Origin: Tubiluchus corallicola
Taxonomy: Eukaryota; Animalia; Priapulida
DNA length: 56,318 nucleotides
Direction of reading: 5' to 3'
Assembly (NCBI GenBank): GCA_030141605.1
Contig: JAQGDQ010000280.1
Location: 1-56,318 of the forward strand
This document shows, piece after piece, positions 11,820 through 23,757 of this stretch. Below the pieces are notes generated by a model. That model was not told the origin of the DNA. It ran no database searches and was given only the letters and a program-made list of their open reading frames with translations. Every line of letters starts with the position of its first letter. Position 1 is the first letter of the stretch. Position numbers and translations under genes: made by a program.

Positions 11820-13876
11820 CTAAAAGTTGCTCATTCCCTGTGGATCTGTGCTGTCAAGCGAAGCTTCTTTAGCTTTGTATTTTCTCCTAGGTGGAGTTAC
11901 TGGCTCGCCACTAGCAAGATAAGCCATCGGACCAATCGGAGAGACTTTTGCAAGTTTTTCCTCATTCTTAATAATCTCATTCTTATCTTCTGCATACTCT
12001 TTGAAAACAACGTCGAAATTTTCATACGTTAGTTGCCGGGATATATCGCCAAATGTCTTGATGCTCTTTACTAAAGACAGCTGGAAGGACATCATTGATT
12101 CTATACAGTGGCTGATTTCTACTATTCTGCATACACCAATAGTAATGATTGGCCACAGAAGTATAGCAATGATCAGCAATAGAAGGTTGGCATATTCATG
12201 AGTGGTAGCCCTTTTCCTTTCGTTAGCGAGGTTCTCTCTCAAAGATGCAATGTGGGTGATTCTCACGGCGATTAACTGGTCCACATATGCACTAGCCAGC
12301 TGCACAAGTTTTATTGCTTCTTGAACATCGGGTCCGGGCAGGGGTGTGTTTTTTAATGGAAGCTTCAGTATGTCTCTCAATGCAGTGTAGTACAGCGACT
12401 TTTCAAATTTCTTGTACTGTTTCGATATTTCCGGAGATATTAAAGCCGCCTTTTGAAAATACTCTAGATGAAGGTGTCTCGCCGCTAGGTACTGCAGCCA
12501 GTCGTTATGTGTCAAGTGACCTATAGCAGAACAGAAAATTGTAAACATAAAAAAAGCAAAAAAAACTCGTTAAGTTTCTAAAACAGAAAATTATCGCGAA
12601 GCAAATGTACTGAAGCACTAAAGTGAAACAAATAGTTTAAGTTTATTATTAATTTCATTATTAAAAACTCTTGTAACCCCAAGGCTAAATAACTAAGATA
12701 CATTGAGGTTTAACCCTTTCATACCCGTTGTATCCAGTGGGATACAAGTATATTTTCTGCCTTTGAAATTAATAAAATTTTAAAACTGACAGTTATTTGA
12801 TCTGTTAATAGTTATTTTGATTTAAGTCAATAACAATAGACTAAAATGATGATAAAATAGCAAACTAGAAAATCTACATTGCATAAAAACTGTGCAAGGT
12901 ACAGTACTTTAGAGATGACTTTGTACAGATCAGCATAGCATGCATATTAAATGTCTTAAATACTTTAAAAAATTATCAGCAGTTGCAAAATGAAGCACCT
13001 TTGATGCTTCCATTGATTCCCAATGTATCCCGTGCGATACAGGCTATATTTAGCACGCGGGCACAGGTAGAAAAAAATAATTATTATGTGTAAACAAGAT
13101 GGACATACTGAACAAAAGTACCAAGCCAAAAATTTTTTTCTTATTAAAAAATAATTTGGGACTGAAAGGGTTAAAACTACAATTAAACATATAGGTAAAA
13201 AACACGATAAATCATTAATCATAATGGACAGCAAGCATACAAAATACATACCTGTTGAATAGTAGGTGGCAGCATAAGTTCTTTGGATGTCTGAATTGTC
13301 GACAGCAGTCATAAACAAATGTAAAGCAGTTAGTTGTGGAAAAGACGCGGTTCCATCAGCTTCGTTCATCTTGTCTCTGATCCAGTGAATGAGCTTGTCG
13401 TTTATATGATTATAGAAAATCATGCTAGATGCCACAGAGTTTGCTTTTATGGGCAAAATGTTTCTTCTCTGATTGATGATAAATGCGTGAAGATTTTCCG
13501 GCGTGGCAAAAGGGCCATCAGATGGCTCGACACCGTAACCCGGCCACAATCGTCCCGAAACTAGCTTTCTAAAACTTGCGTCGGTTTCGTCGTATTTTCG
13601 GTGAAGGAGCGGTTTTATACCTTCGTTGTCGGGAGTGCTAACGAACAAAGTGCTCAGCAGTCTTTCTTCAGCTAAACTTGTTACAATCTCTGCCAACGAC
13701 TGCGCCGTGTCGATAATGCCGCTAACTTCGTCGACTTCTTTCACTAAACGTACCGACGAAGACAGCACGATGGCATTCTGTATTGCCATGATCAGCAAAA
13801 CTATAGTCGCCAAAGCTATGACGATGAACATGCGTAACGTCTGTCCATGCTCAGCAGATCTGACAAAGAACTTCAT
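11820..13876 (-). CDS. Two-TM NIT (nitrate/nitrite-sensing) domain protein related to NIT-guanylyl cyclases but lacking a cyclase domain; about 441 aa
   Basis: Exons 13876-13252 and 12520-11820 joined by a phase-1 GT-AG intron (ACAG|gtatgt...ctatag|GTCAC); 1326 nt open. TM1 MFIVIALATIVLLIMAI; NIT-like motifs LAEERLLSTLF, YDETD, FYNHINDKLIHWI, DIQRTYAATYYSTG; TM2 LLLLIIAILLWPIITIGV. The frame stays open upstream to about 13957, so the true start may be in an earlier exon. Confidence 0.8.
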
Positions 13877-14470
13877 CGTAATCTGATGTTCTTTCAATGC
13901 TCTGGAACAATCTTGCAGGAATTTTGCAACTGCTGCGACGACACACCAGTAAATAAGTCACCGAGAGGCTAAAATACTGGAATGAGGTATTCAACGTATG
14001 TGACAGCACAAACTTGTCTCTGCTTTTAAAAGGAATTCAGTCCTAGGGCAAAGTTGATGTCAACCAACCATGCACGGCCATAGTTAGCATAATAGTTAAC
14101 AAAGTCCTTGAACAAAAAATGTCCAAAGGCTAGTTTTGGCTCAAGTCACGCGGGTGACAGTGAGACAGAAGTCACTAAAAATCTTGCGAGTTAAAACAGT
14201 TGCTGTTAACATTGACACAAACACAGACGTTTTTATTTTACTACGGAAGTTAAAAAAGCTATAATACAGTGGAACAGGTATCCAATTTATTGTATGAATC
14301 ATTATACAAAGAAACTAGGGTAAAATGTCCGCACTGATGTAGTGCAAACCCTTAGGACAAAAACATTTTTAGGCACTTGATGTTATAGATACAAATTTAG
14401 ATCAATTTTTTTAGTTTGTTTCGTCAAAAATTGTTTAAGTTTCATCATGCAGGTGAGCTTATAAAAACTT

Positions 14471-14662
<192 letters not shown>

Positions 14663-14822
14663 TTATTTCACTCCAGCAATACATATACGATACATCAACA
14701 TACAATATTATTGAAACAAAAAGAAACAGTATAGGTAAGAAAACGTTGATGAAGTCAAATTAACCAAATAAAAGAGTTGCTGTATGACACTTTGAAAGCT
14801 TGGCTTGTTAAGGTAGCACAAA

Positions 14823-15180
14823 TGAGTGAATGAAAGAATGGTTAGGGTTAGTAGACATGATGGAATGGAAAAAATAGTAAGATTAGGGATAGGAAGAAGA
14901 AAGGGAGGGGAGGATGAGTGAATGAAAGAATGGTTAGGGCTAGTAGACATGATGGAATGGAAAAAATAGTAAGATTAGGGATATAAAGAAGGAAGGGAGG
15001 GAAAGATGAGTGAATGAAAGAATGGTTAGGGTTAGTTGACATGATGGAATGGAAAAAATAGTAAGATTAGGGATAGGAAGAAGGAAGGGAAGGGAGGATG
15101 AGTGAATGAAAGAATGTTTAGGGTTAGTAGACATGATGGAATGGAAAAAAATAGTAAGATTAGGGATAGGAAGAAGGAAC
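14823..15180. repeat. About 91-bp purine-rich tandem repeat, about 4 copies
   Basis: TGAGTGAATGAAAGAATGGTTAGGGTTAGTAGACATGATGGAATGGAAAAAATAGTAAGATTAGGGATAGGAAGAAG... recurs four times. Confidence 0.93.
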
Positions 15181-16632
15181 AGAGGAGAAGAAACGACCAC
15201 AGCTTAGTTTCAAGTGGAGCGCCATCTTGATAGAACTTTGAAAATTTTCAAACACTATCATAAATTTGACATTTTAGCCTTAGCATCACGAAGGTAATTA
15301 ACTAATCTTAATTAGAACGGTGATAATCATTAAATAAAGGTTAGAGGTAAACAGGTTTAAAACGTATCTATTGGTGCTTAATGCAAAATGCTTGATATTT
15401 CAAACATTCAACTTCAACAGCACTTACACTTATAATACGTCGTAATTAGTAGTCTATAAATTCATAAAAAAATAATTGCAAAAAATTAAGAGCTTATAAT
15501 AACATTTTAGGACAGTAACACGAGAGATTTTTAGTTGTAAGTAAAATAAACTATGTTATAAGTTATAAGTTTATTTATTTCCACTCTGCATCTAACAGTT
15601 ATAATAAAAATACACTGAAGTAAATATAAATATAAATGCAATATTATCCAGAAATTCTTATCTACGAAAGAGATTCTTATGCAGCATATACATGTGCAAA
15701 TTACATTACAGAGTAATTTTGATGCATACAGTTTGAGCCCAAAAGCATAGCTTGACACGCCAAACTGTATGTGGAAATCTTAAAGAAGTGATTAATAATT
15801 GAAATAATGATAATATATACATAAAAGTGGGGGGGGGGGAGTAGTGAATGAAAGATGAAATGGAGCGAGAACTAAGAAAAACTGTGATCATGATTATAAA
15901 GTGTTCAATAACCTGTTGAGCATAGTCATTACCTATGATGGTGATGACTTTATTTTACACAAGATAATGAATAAGAAGTTGTGACATAACCACACGAAAA
16001 TTAGAATCAAGTTATTTTTGGTGGAAAGTGGAAGAAGTTGAGTAATAATAAACAACTGTATTAAACTAGATGATGATTGTTCATTGTAATGATCAAAGTA
16101 ATATGATTGTGTTTTGCAAGAAGAGAAGAATCGCAGCTCACAAATAATTTCTAGTTTCCTCTCAGGCTTTTACCAGCTAGAAATCCATTTATGAAAAGAA
16201 TAGGTTAACAAAAATGAGAATTGACAATTCTGTCGTGACACTAAAGTTGTCGCTGGGGTGTTTTGGGGAGAGCCAACAACCGACATTGGAAGGTTTATTA
16301 GACTGTTTCTGAAGTTGTGATGTTTGTGTTAAACAGAAGAAATCGCAGAATGAAAATATGGTTTAACTTTGCGATCTGTTTTGTATTCGAAATCATAGTC
16401 TCATTGTCAATACACATATACACGAGAATTGTAAACATGATCAACAGTAGTACAAATGTTAAAGTAAATACATCAGCCAATATATCATGGAACCTGAGTC
16501 AAAAACGTTAGAATCACCAAAACCACTGTTCAAGCCTATTGCTTGTCCTCTCATCTTGCTACCAAGTCAAGAGTCCTAGTTATTCACAGAGAAGCCAAGT
16601 GACCCAGTTCTATACAAACATATAGCCGTAGC

Positions 16633-16990
16633 ATTTTGCGTGTAAATACACTTATAATCAATAATGCGCGAACATCCTACACAGTCCTGATTTATAACGT
16701 CAGCAGCAGCTTTTACTGAATTAAAGTTATAAGGCTATAAGCAGAGTATAATGGATGACGTCAGAACAATGGCTTTGCATCAGCAGTTTTCTAAGCGAAA
16801 ATTGCTGAAAATAGAACATCTAATTAACTCGTCGATACTCCTCTTGGTGGACGTGTCCTAAAATATAGCCCACACCATCGTGTAGCCCTGTCATTCCTCT
16901 TTCTAAAGAGCTATATATCTCCTTCCGAGAGTCCCTAGACGCCCACCAGGCGCCGCTAGAACGTTTTTTCTGCAGACTGTTTGACCAAAA
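16633..16990 (-). repeat. Interspersed repeat, copy B (inverse of 6235-6605)
   Basis: Reverse-complement match over about 360 bp with scattered substitutions. Confidence 0.85.
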
Positions 16991-18237
16991 TTTCGAAAAA
17001 AGACGGAATTGGTTCCGGGAAAACGCCCGTTACGGGACGCTGTGGCCATCTCGCGAATTCTAAATATGCCTACTACACCATGAGCGTGCCTGATGTGAGC
17101 ATATATACAACACATGCATGAGCAAGTGTATCTGGTCGGTCTAATACCCGCACTTACTGGTTTTTCTTAGCTTTATACTTTCACTATTCTGATCTGACGT
17201 GATACAGTGAGTTAAAGGGGATGTTTTTGTGCCAAATTTCCCCCATTTACCATCTGGCTCAGTCATTCAGTACTGATAACATTGAAATTTTCGGAAAATT
17301 AGGACCAACATCAGGGAAATTAACCTAACCCGAAGACGTGGTATTTGTGTGTATTTTACTAACATATCAATGTAATTACGATTGATACTAACTAGCATCA
17401 TACTTGTTGCAGGTGCAAATGTTTTGGTCCATTACCTCTTCTCAAGGTAGTATATGCATTAGAAGCCACAATATATTAGACTGTAGTTCAACAAGCTAGA
17501 CTACTTTTTCTACTCTGACATTGTATAGGTGGAACTTGTTATGTACACACGTCTCTGTTACATTTAAAATTTGACTTATAATTACACTGCTACCTTTTAC
17601 TGGCATTCTGGCTTTTTCTCGACTCAATATTGGACCAACAACGTATGTATGCATTTTAGCTATTAACGTAGTAATCTGTAGCACTTATTTTCTAGCACTT
17701 ATTTCAGTAGATTTGTCGAGGTAGTAATTGTAGACTACAGAAAATTTGTATTTTTGCAGAATAGACTAAAATAGATATGGGAATGCAACTTTGGTTTGAG
17801 CGTATACATTACAATACTTAAGAATGACAACAAATAATATAACATATGCAGGTTGCCACGTAATCGATATTCAAACATATTAACTTGTGCACGAGAAAGT
17901 ATATGTTCCACGTAACATGTAACACAATTTTAATGACATCTGCAACACACTGGTACTTTCTATAATCCTGAAAACAACCTATACAAATAACTATCGGTTC
18001 TCAGACATGGACTCGTTGACAGAATCTGCAAATAAGCTATTCATCTTGTGTAATAAAAATGAATTTAAGTCACCTATGAGCAAATCTTGATAGCAAAATG
18101 GGCAGCAGATAGCAGCGAGCCTGTTCCAACCAGCAAAAAATTTCATTCAGGTTTAAATCAAATTACAAAGAAGGAAATGGCTTATGTATCAAATCTGTTA
18201 CGTCACGCGTTGAAGGGTTAGGCTATCATTATCTGTT

Positions 18238-18357
18238 GGTTACAACCAAATCACGTTGAAAACACCGGTTCTCGTCAGATCACCGAAGTTAAGCAACGTA
18301 GAGCCTGGTTAGTGCTTGGATGGGTGACCGCCTAGGAATACCAGGTGCTGTAGGCTT
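18238..18357 (+). rRNA. 5S rRNA-derived sequence (isolated, diverged; probably a pseudogene or SINE head)
   Basis: 120 nt containing CACGTTGAAAACACCGGTTCTCGTCAGATCACCGAAGTTAAGCAACG...TTGGATGGGTGACCGCCTAGGAATACCAGGTGCTGTAGGCTT; several substitutions versus typical invertebrate 5S; no oligo-T terminator; not in an array. Confidence 0.85.
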
Positions 18358-18725
18358 GGCGGATGCCAACACTGTATCTCGACACTATGCGGAGGAGCTG
18401 CACAAGCAGCCAACGGCTAGAGGGCGGAGGAGGTCAAGTGACCCAATGACCATGTGTAGAGGAGTAAACCTGCCAAATCAGGAGTGGAGTCCCGAAGGCG
18501 GACCAGTGCAGCATGCTCACTGACTCCTGCAGCCAACCTGGTGCCAAATGTATCGCTCCGCTTTCCTTTGGACTACACCAGCGAGAAAGAGAGGGGGTTC
18601 CTGTTGTCTGGGCAACTCAGGATCTCCATACACCTTTCCCAGGCATGTGCCCTGGAGACGTACAAGGGATCGCACTGCACTCTCTTGACACACACTCCAT
18701 TGTCTTCCGAGACAGGATGCCAAAA
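18358..18725 (+). mobile_element. RTE-like body fused to the 5S head (candidate SINE3-type element 18238-18725)
   Basis: GC-rich block ending CCATTGTCTTCCGAGACAGGATGCCAA (resembles RTE 3' ends as recalled) after a segment resembling RTE 5'UTRs (CTGCAGCCAACCTGGTGCCAAA...CCCAGGCATGTGCCCTGGAG). Confidence 0.5.
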
Positions 18726-20171
18726 TACCATTAAAAGATCGTGAAGCCTGTACGAATGTTTGTGTATGCATCTGTCTTTCAATGCATGTCTCAGCTATAG
18801 TACCTGCAGAGTTTAAACTTGGCACACTGATGGAGACTTTGTCGAGGGTGTTTAATATGATACAGTCAAGAATACAAATAGCTCTGACTCTCAAATATAA
18901 CCAACAGTCTGTTAATGGATGTGGTCATTAAATGGCTCTAGCATGAGGCTGTTTTGGTACAGATTAAATGACACTAGTTTCTCCAAAATGAAAGCGCACA
19001 CAGGTTTACACTTCAATGGATTGGTAGACGAACAGTATGACATGCAGGTTTTGCTAAATCAGTTTTTCATGAAAAAACAACTTTATTTTAGGATTTTCTG
19101 CAAGTTGCTTGTCGCTTCTCAACAATGAATGAGCATGCTGATTGTGTCCACAAGAACAATGCATGCTGATTGTGTACACAAGAACAATGGTGATTTGATG
19201 GAGCATCTCAACAATGAATGAGCATACTGATTGTGTCCACAAAAAAAATGGTGATTTGATGGAGCATTTAATGTCAGCATAGCTATGCCATCTGCTATAG
19301 GAAATACCAGTACAAATAATCACGTTGAGAAAGTAGACTAAAAGAATAAGCCATTTCGCAGTTTCGTTGTTGCTGTAGGTAAATGGTTAAATTTTACCTT
19401 TGTAATGCATCTTAAGTGCAACTGTCATGTGGGTAAAGCACAGCCATCTGCCATCAGTTCAGAAACTTCTGGACTTTACTTAAAATTATGCATTAGTCTG
19501 TGCGTAAAATGATTTGCTAGCAGGATCTTGTTGGGAACAAGAAAAAATGAACTAGGTAAGGTTCTAGCTAGCTGTTAAAACTATTACTATACAACAGCTG
19601 GGCTGCATTGTCAAACGTACATAAATGCGTTGTGTGGTACACTTCACCATTGACCTTTTCACGATCATTACCAATCGGCGGAACTGTGAAAAGGCTTACT
19701 GCTTAACAATAATGCATAAAACTTGCTACGGTAAAATTTGGCGTGTGCCATCAATGCTGATCTTGTGCTCGATAATTTATCATTTGATAAAGGAATATCT
19801 TATAGAGATTATATTTTTCTCCAGCAGAGAAAGAGACAGAGAACCGGCAATATGGAAAACCTTTTGAATGCTAAACGCAAAAATTTTGGAAATAATTTAT
19901 TTCATACTGCACCCTTAAGTAGGAATGGAGAGATGAGTAAAAAGAATTTCGTAGATAATGGCATAGACAGCTTTTTTATGCATGTTTTTACGTTTTTCTA
20001 TGTCGTCTTCTTCACTGAGGCACATTTCACTATAACAATTTCTGCCGAAGTACACTCTACCGAGGCATGATCCACTGCCGAGGTACATTCCATCATTGTC
20101 AATCCGCCATGGTAGTATATGCGACCACATAATGATCGAGGAATGCGCAAAACAGGCACGAAGCCTTATTA

Positions 20172-20889
20172 GGCGCTATTACACTTTCGCACCGCCTAGC
20201 TTTTCCTGGCTATTGGTTGTTTTCACGCCTGCAGGCCAGAAAGCAGACCAACAGGCGTAATATACACCATATTCCCATAATATTATTGCGGCGTACGCTT
20301 TATAAGTCCAGATTAAAATCATGCATTACTTACCTACAGCCGCCATTAAAAGCTGCACGTGAATAACCGTGTTTACATCACTGCTGCGCAGTCGCTCTCG
20401 CGCATTGACGTGTTGGCCTTTAACCTGTATTTTTAGTTTCTTCGCATAATTTATGATTATTAGGGTTGCATCTATGAGAGTTTGTATCGTATCGCGGGTG
20501 GGCCTGGAACGGAACAGTTATTTATCATTAATTTTATTTATTACTGTAGTATTATTACTATTAGATTATAAAAAAAGTAAAGGTTTTTTCTTTATTTCGT
20601 AAATGCGGTGAAGATGAAAGTGTGTCACGTGCTTTTAAGCTAGGCCCTGATAATGCATAAACTAGTACGAAATTCGTCACGTGACCACACACACAAACAA
20701 GATGGCGATACTGTGTCGAACTGTGAATACAGCGTAATTATTGGTAATTATGCCTAAATAGGATTAAATTACAATTAGATTAGCGGAAACATTCACTGAT
20801 GACGTAAGAATAATAGAATGATGACTTACGAGCCTAAAAACGCGTAATAACCTATAAAAAGCTAAGCGGTGCGAAAGTGTAATAGCGCC
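20172..20889. mobile_element. TIR element with 9-bp TSD (MULE-type); a third TIR copy lies at 22027-22059
   Basis: 33-bp TIR GGCGCTATTACACTTTCGCACCGCCTAGCTTTT (20172-20204) inverted at 20857-20889 with 1 mismatch; perfect direct repeat GCCTTATTA at 20163-20171 and 20890-20898. Confidence 0.75.
20334..20346 (-). CDS. SREK1IP1: SREK1-interacting protein 1, probable first coding exon
   Basis: ATGGCGGCTGTAG|gtaagt, phase 1; joins exon 3264-3332 to give MAAVGVLAKL... (human protein recalled to start MAVPG); CpG-rich context and head-to-head with the CWC27 exon. Confidence 0.65.
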
Positions 20890-21803
20890 GCCTTATTACG
20901 ATGCGCCCGGCACAAGGTAAACGCTAAGAACTCGTAAAGTATTCAAAATCACAGATTTGTATAAATAGCCTGAGAAAAAATTGGTAAAATGCCCTGTGCA
21001 CGTATGCTGCCATATGTGCTAAACTCAATTTAATGAGTTTCCCCCATGAAACTACTTGGACCTAAACAAACTGAATAAAGTGCCAGGCCTGTTCCAAAGT
21101 TTGAACACTATCACTTACTAGCTAGATTTTATGCTTAATAATTAATTGCATAGCTAGTCTAGCTTAGCAAAACTGAAACTCATCTTGATTATATTAATTG
21201 ATCATATGATTATAATCACTTGATTATATGACAAAAGTGAGTTACAAAGGTGGGTACTTTTTGTTATAAAGCTAAGGAGATAAGAGTTCTTACCATGAAT
21301 ATCATCATGCTGCATATTTAGAGAAGTGCCATAAAACAATTCAAAAACAGACGGCTCACAGTATCGACCCGAAGGCTTTAATAATCAATAAACGTGGCAA
21401 AAACGAACTAAGAATTAACAAAAAATAAGTTTGCCAATACCGGAAACTGAAGAATTGTAGCCGGTGTACGGTTATTTTAAGAAAACATTAATTTGAAGGG
21501 TTAGTAGTTGATATTTTTAATTTTTAGTAAACACTGGTTATATTTTGTCGGGCGGTTATTAAAAATTTTATTTTTTCGCAGATTGTTCAATAAATTTAAA
21601 ATAAAATCCTAATAATTTTTCTTAAGTGTTTATGTCTGAATGCCGAAAATGGATCACTGGTGCAGTAGCGTTTCCGTGTTATAGAAACGTGAATTCGTGC
21701 AACAATTAACCTAATTGTAATGCGTGCAACTGTTACTTAAATTAAATTGTTAGGTGACATTGAGAGCTACGTTTTATTTACTTGAAATGTACAATATGCC
21801 ATC

Positions 21804-21845
21804 ATGAGCAACATTTACATTCAAGAACCGCCGACGCATGGCAAG
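21804..21845 (+). CDS. CWC27: Spliceosome-associated cyclophilin CWC27, first coding exon; downstream exons not found in the window
   Basis: GCCATC ATG AGC AAC ATT TAC ATT CAA GAA CCG CCG ACG CAT GGC AAG|gtagtg = MSNIYIQEPPTHGK, nearly identical to the conserved CWC27 N-terminus MSNIYIQEPPTNGK. Confidence 0.9.
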
Positions 21846-22611
21846 GTAGTGACATTAAATTTAACAACAGTGTAATACTAATATTATAATAATACTTTAA
21901 TACTAATAATACTAATAGCACAATAACCAGTATGTGTATAAAATAAACACTTTATTGGCACAACAATATGGCTATATACAGCCACGTGGACATGTTTTCA
22001 TACCTATTAATGGGTAATAACCTATAAAAAGCTAGGCGGTGCGAAAGTGTAATAGCGCCCTTAGCAAACTTTTTGAGTATCTTTTAACTGTTCACATACC
22101 TCACGCTTCGGAAGTTTGGTAGCAGCGTTTTTATACTTTGATACCTTAAACCTATTCATAGCTCGTCGTAAATCGCCGCACTTGCGTTAATTTTTAATTT
22201 GTTCGCAACAATCAATGAAATCTGTTTTTCTGTCTTCAAGTAAAAATGAAACACAGTCGCCTCATCTTGAAAGCTGCGTCAACGTGATAAGAAACCTTTT
22301 CCTAAAAGTTCCCTTTGTATTTTATTTACCGAGGTTTATTTTCAATGAACTACGCCACAACCATGTAAGCAAACACGTCGAACAGTTCACTGTTTAAAGA
22401 GTGGAAGCTTGCTAAGTTGACAATATCATTTTAGACTCTATCGACAAGTCGGTAAGTTCGCCTGTAAGTATTATTATTATTACTGCTATTTCTGAAATTT
22501 TCAAAACTTGCTAACTCCAAAACTAGAAAACCTAGAGTTATGAAACTTGCAAGGTAGAGCCTCGGGGAATGGGCGCTAACAGTGGTATGGTAACCGGTAA
22601 TATTTGGTTAA

Positions 22612-23012
22612 TAGGGATGAGTATCGAACGTTCGAATTCGATTGACCGAGTTTTTTTTAGTTCGAATTCGATTCGAACCTGAATTTATAGATTTGAGTAA
22701 TTCAGCACTTCAGCTACATATGCTCTTTATGATTAAAATGTTTGAAACGGCATGCAAATAGCACAATTTTGCTGCAGTTTCTGTGCAAATTTTTTTTATA
22801 AACTAATGGTGGTTTTACTGCAGAACAAAATCAAGTACTATGCATGATCTTTGTAAGACCACTTTTTACTAGTGGTTAGAAAACTTGCTCGAAAATCTTT
22901 CAAATTCAATTCGAATTCGATTTGAATTCGAAATACCGAAATTCGGTTCGATCGAAAGTCACAAATTCGGTTCGATTCGAATTCGCATTCTTATTGAGAA
23001 TGATCGATCCTA
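22612..23012. mobile_element. Degenerate hAT-like MITE with TTCGA(A)-rich subterminal repeats
   Basis: Starts TAGGGATG, ends GATCCTA; both ends packed with TTCGAATTCGA motifs; flanks TTGGTTAA / CTGGTAAA. Confidence 0.5.
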
Positions 23013-23757
23013 CTGGTAAAAAGGTGAAGTACATTATTAGTGTTCATGCATTATGCTTAAAAAAAGGCTCAACCTTCTGGGAAGTTAAGCTCATTTCACT
23101 GTTTGCGAAAAGTATTTGAAAGGTTTAGTAATAAATGTACGATAACTTGATAAGAATCTCATTTAATAAGTAAAATCATTTTAAAGTGATACTTATTTTA
23201 TGCATTTTGAAGAAAAGCAGCATGCTGTCAATTTTCGTCAAAGTATATAAGTTTATGCAAAAAATGAGCCACGGAAGTTTGAATTGTTTTAAGTGCAATG
23301 CGCGCTTACGGAAAGCCACGATGTGCTTACATAAAGTTACGAAATCCACCAATTAACTCTATCACTCGAGTCACAATTTTCAAATGAATCATGGCTACCA
23401 CCGCGCCTGAAAATGTTTGTACACTACAGCCATAGTGTAAGTTAACTACATGCTTTATTGATACTTTTTTGCAAATTTCCTTGTTATATTTTTGCTTGCT
23501 AAAGTCCTAAAATTTAATGTGAATGCTATGAATAATTGATAATGCTACCAAAAGTATTTCAGAAGTATGTTCACAAGTACCCAACAACAGTAAAGCAACT
23601 GGCGTGTCCTTTTCCTGCTTGTCTAGCCATTCAAATTCATTTTGTATTGTTGAATAAATTCAACTCTCTTAAGCACATGTCGTGGTTTACTGTAACTTTT
23701 TGGAAAAGTGGATTACTGGATAATATTTGAAAATGTTTGAAAAATATTTTGAAAGTA

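Noticed and set aside
18238-18357. Functional 5S rRNA gene
   Set aside because: Single copy, mismatches in the terminal helix and near the internal control region, and no Pol III terminator.
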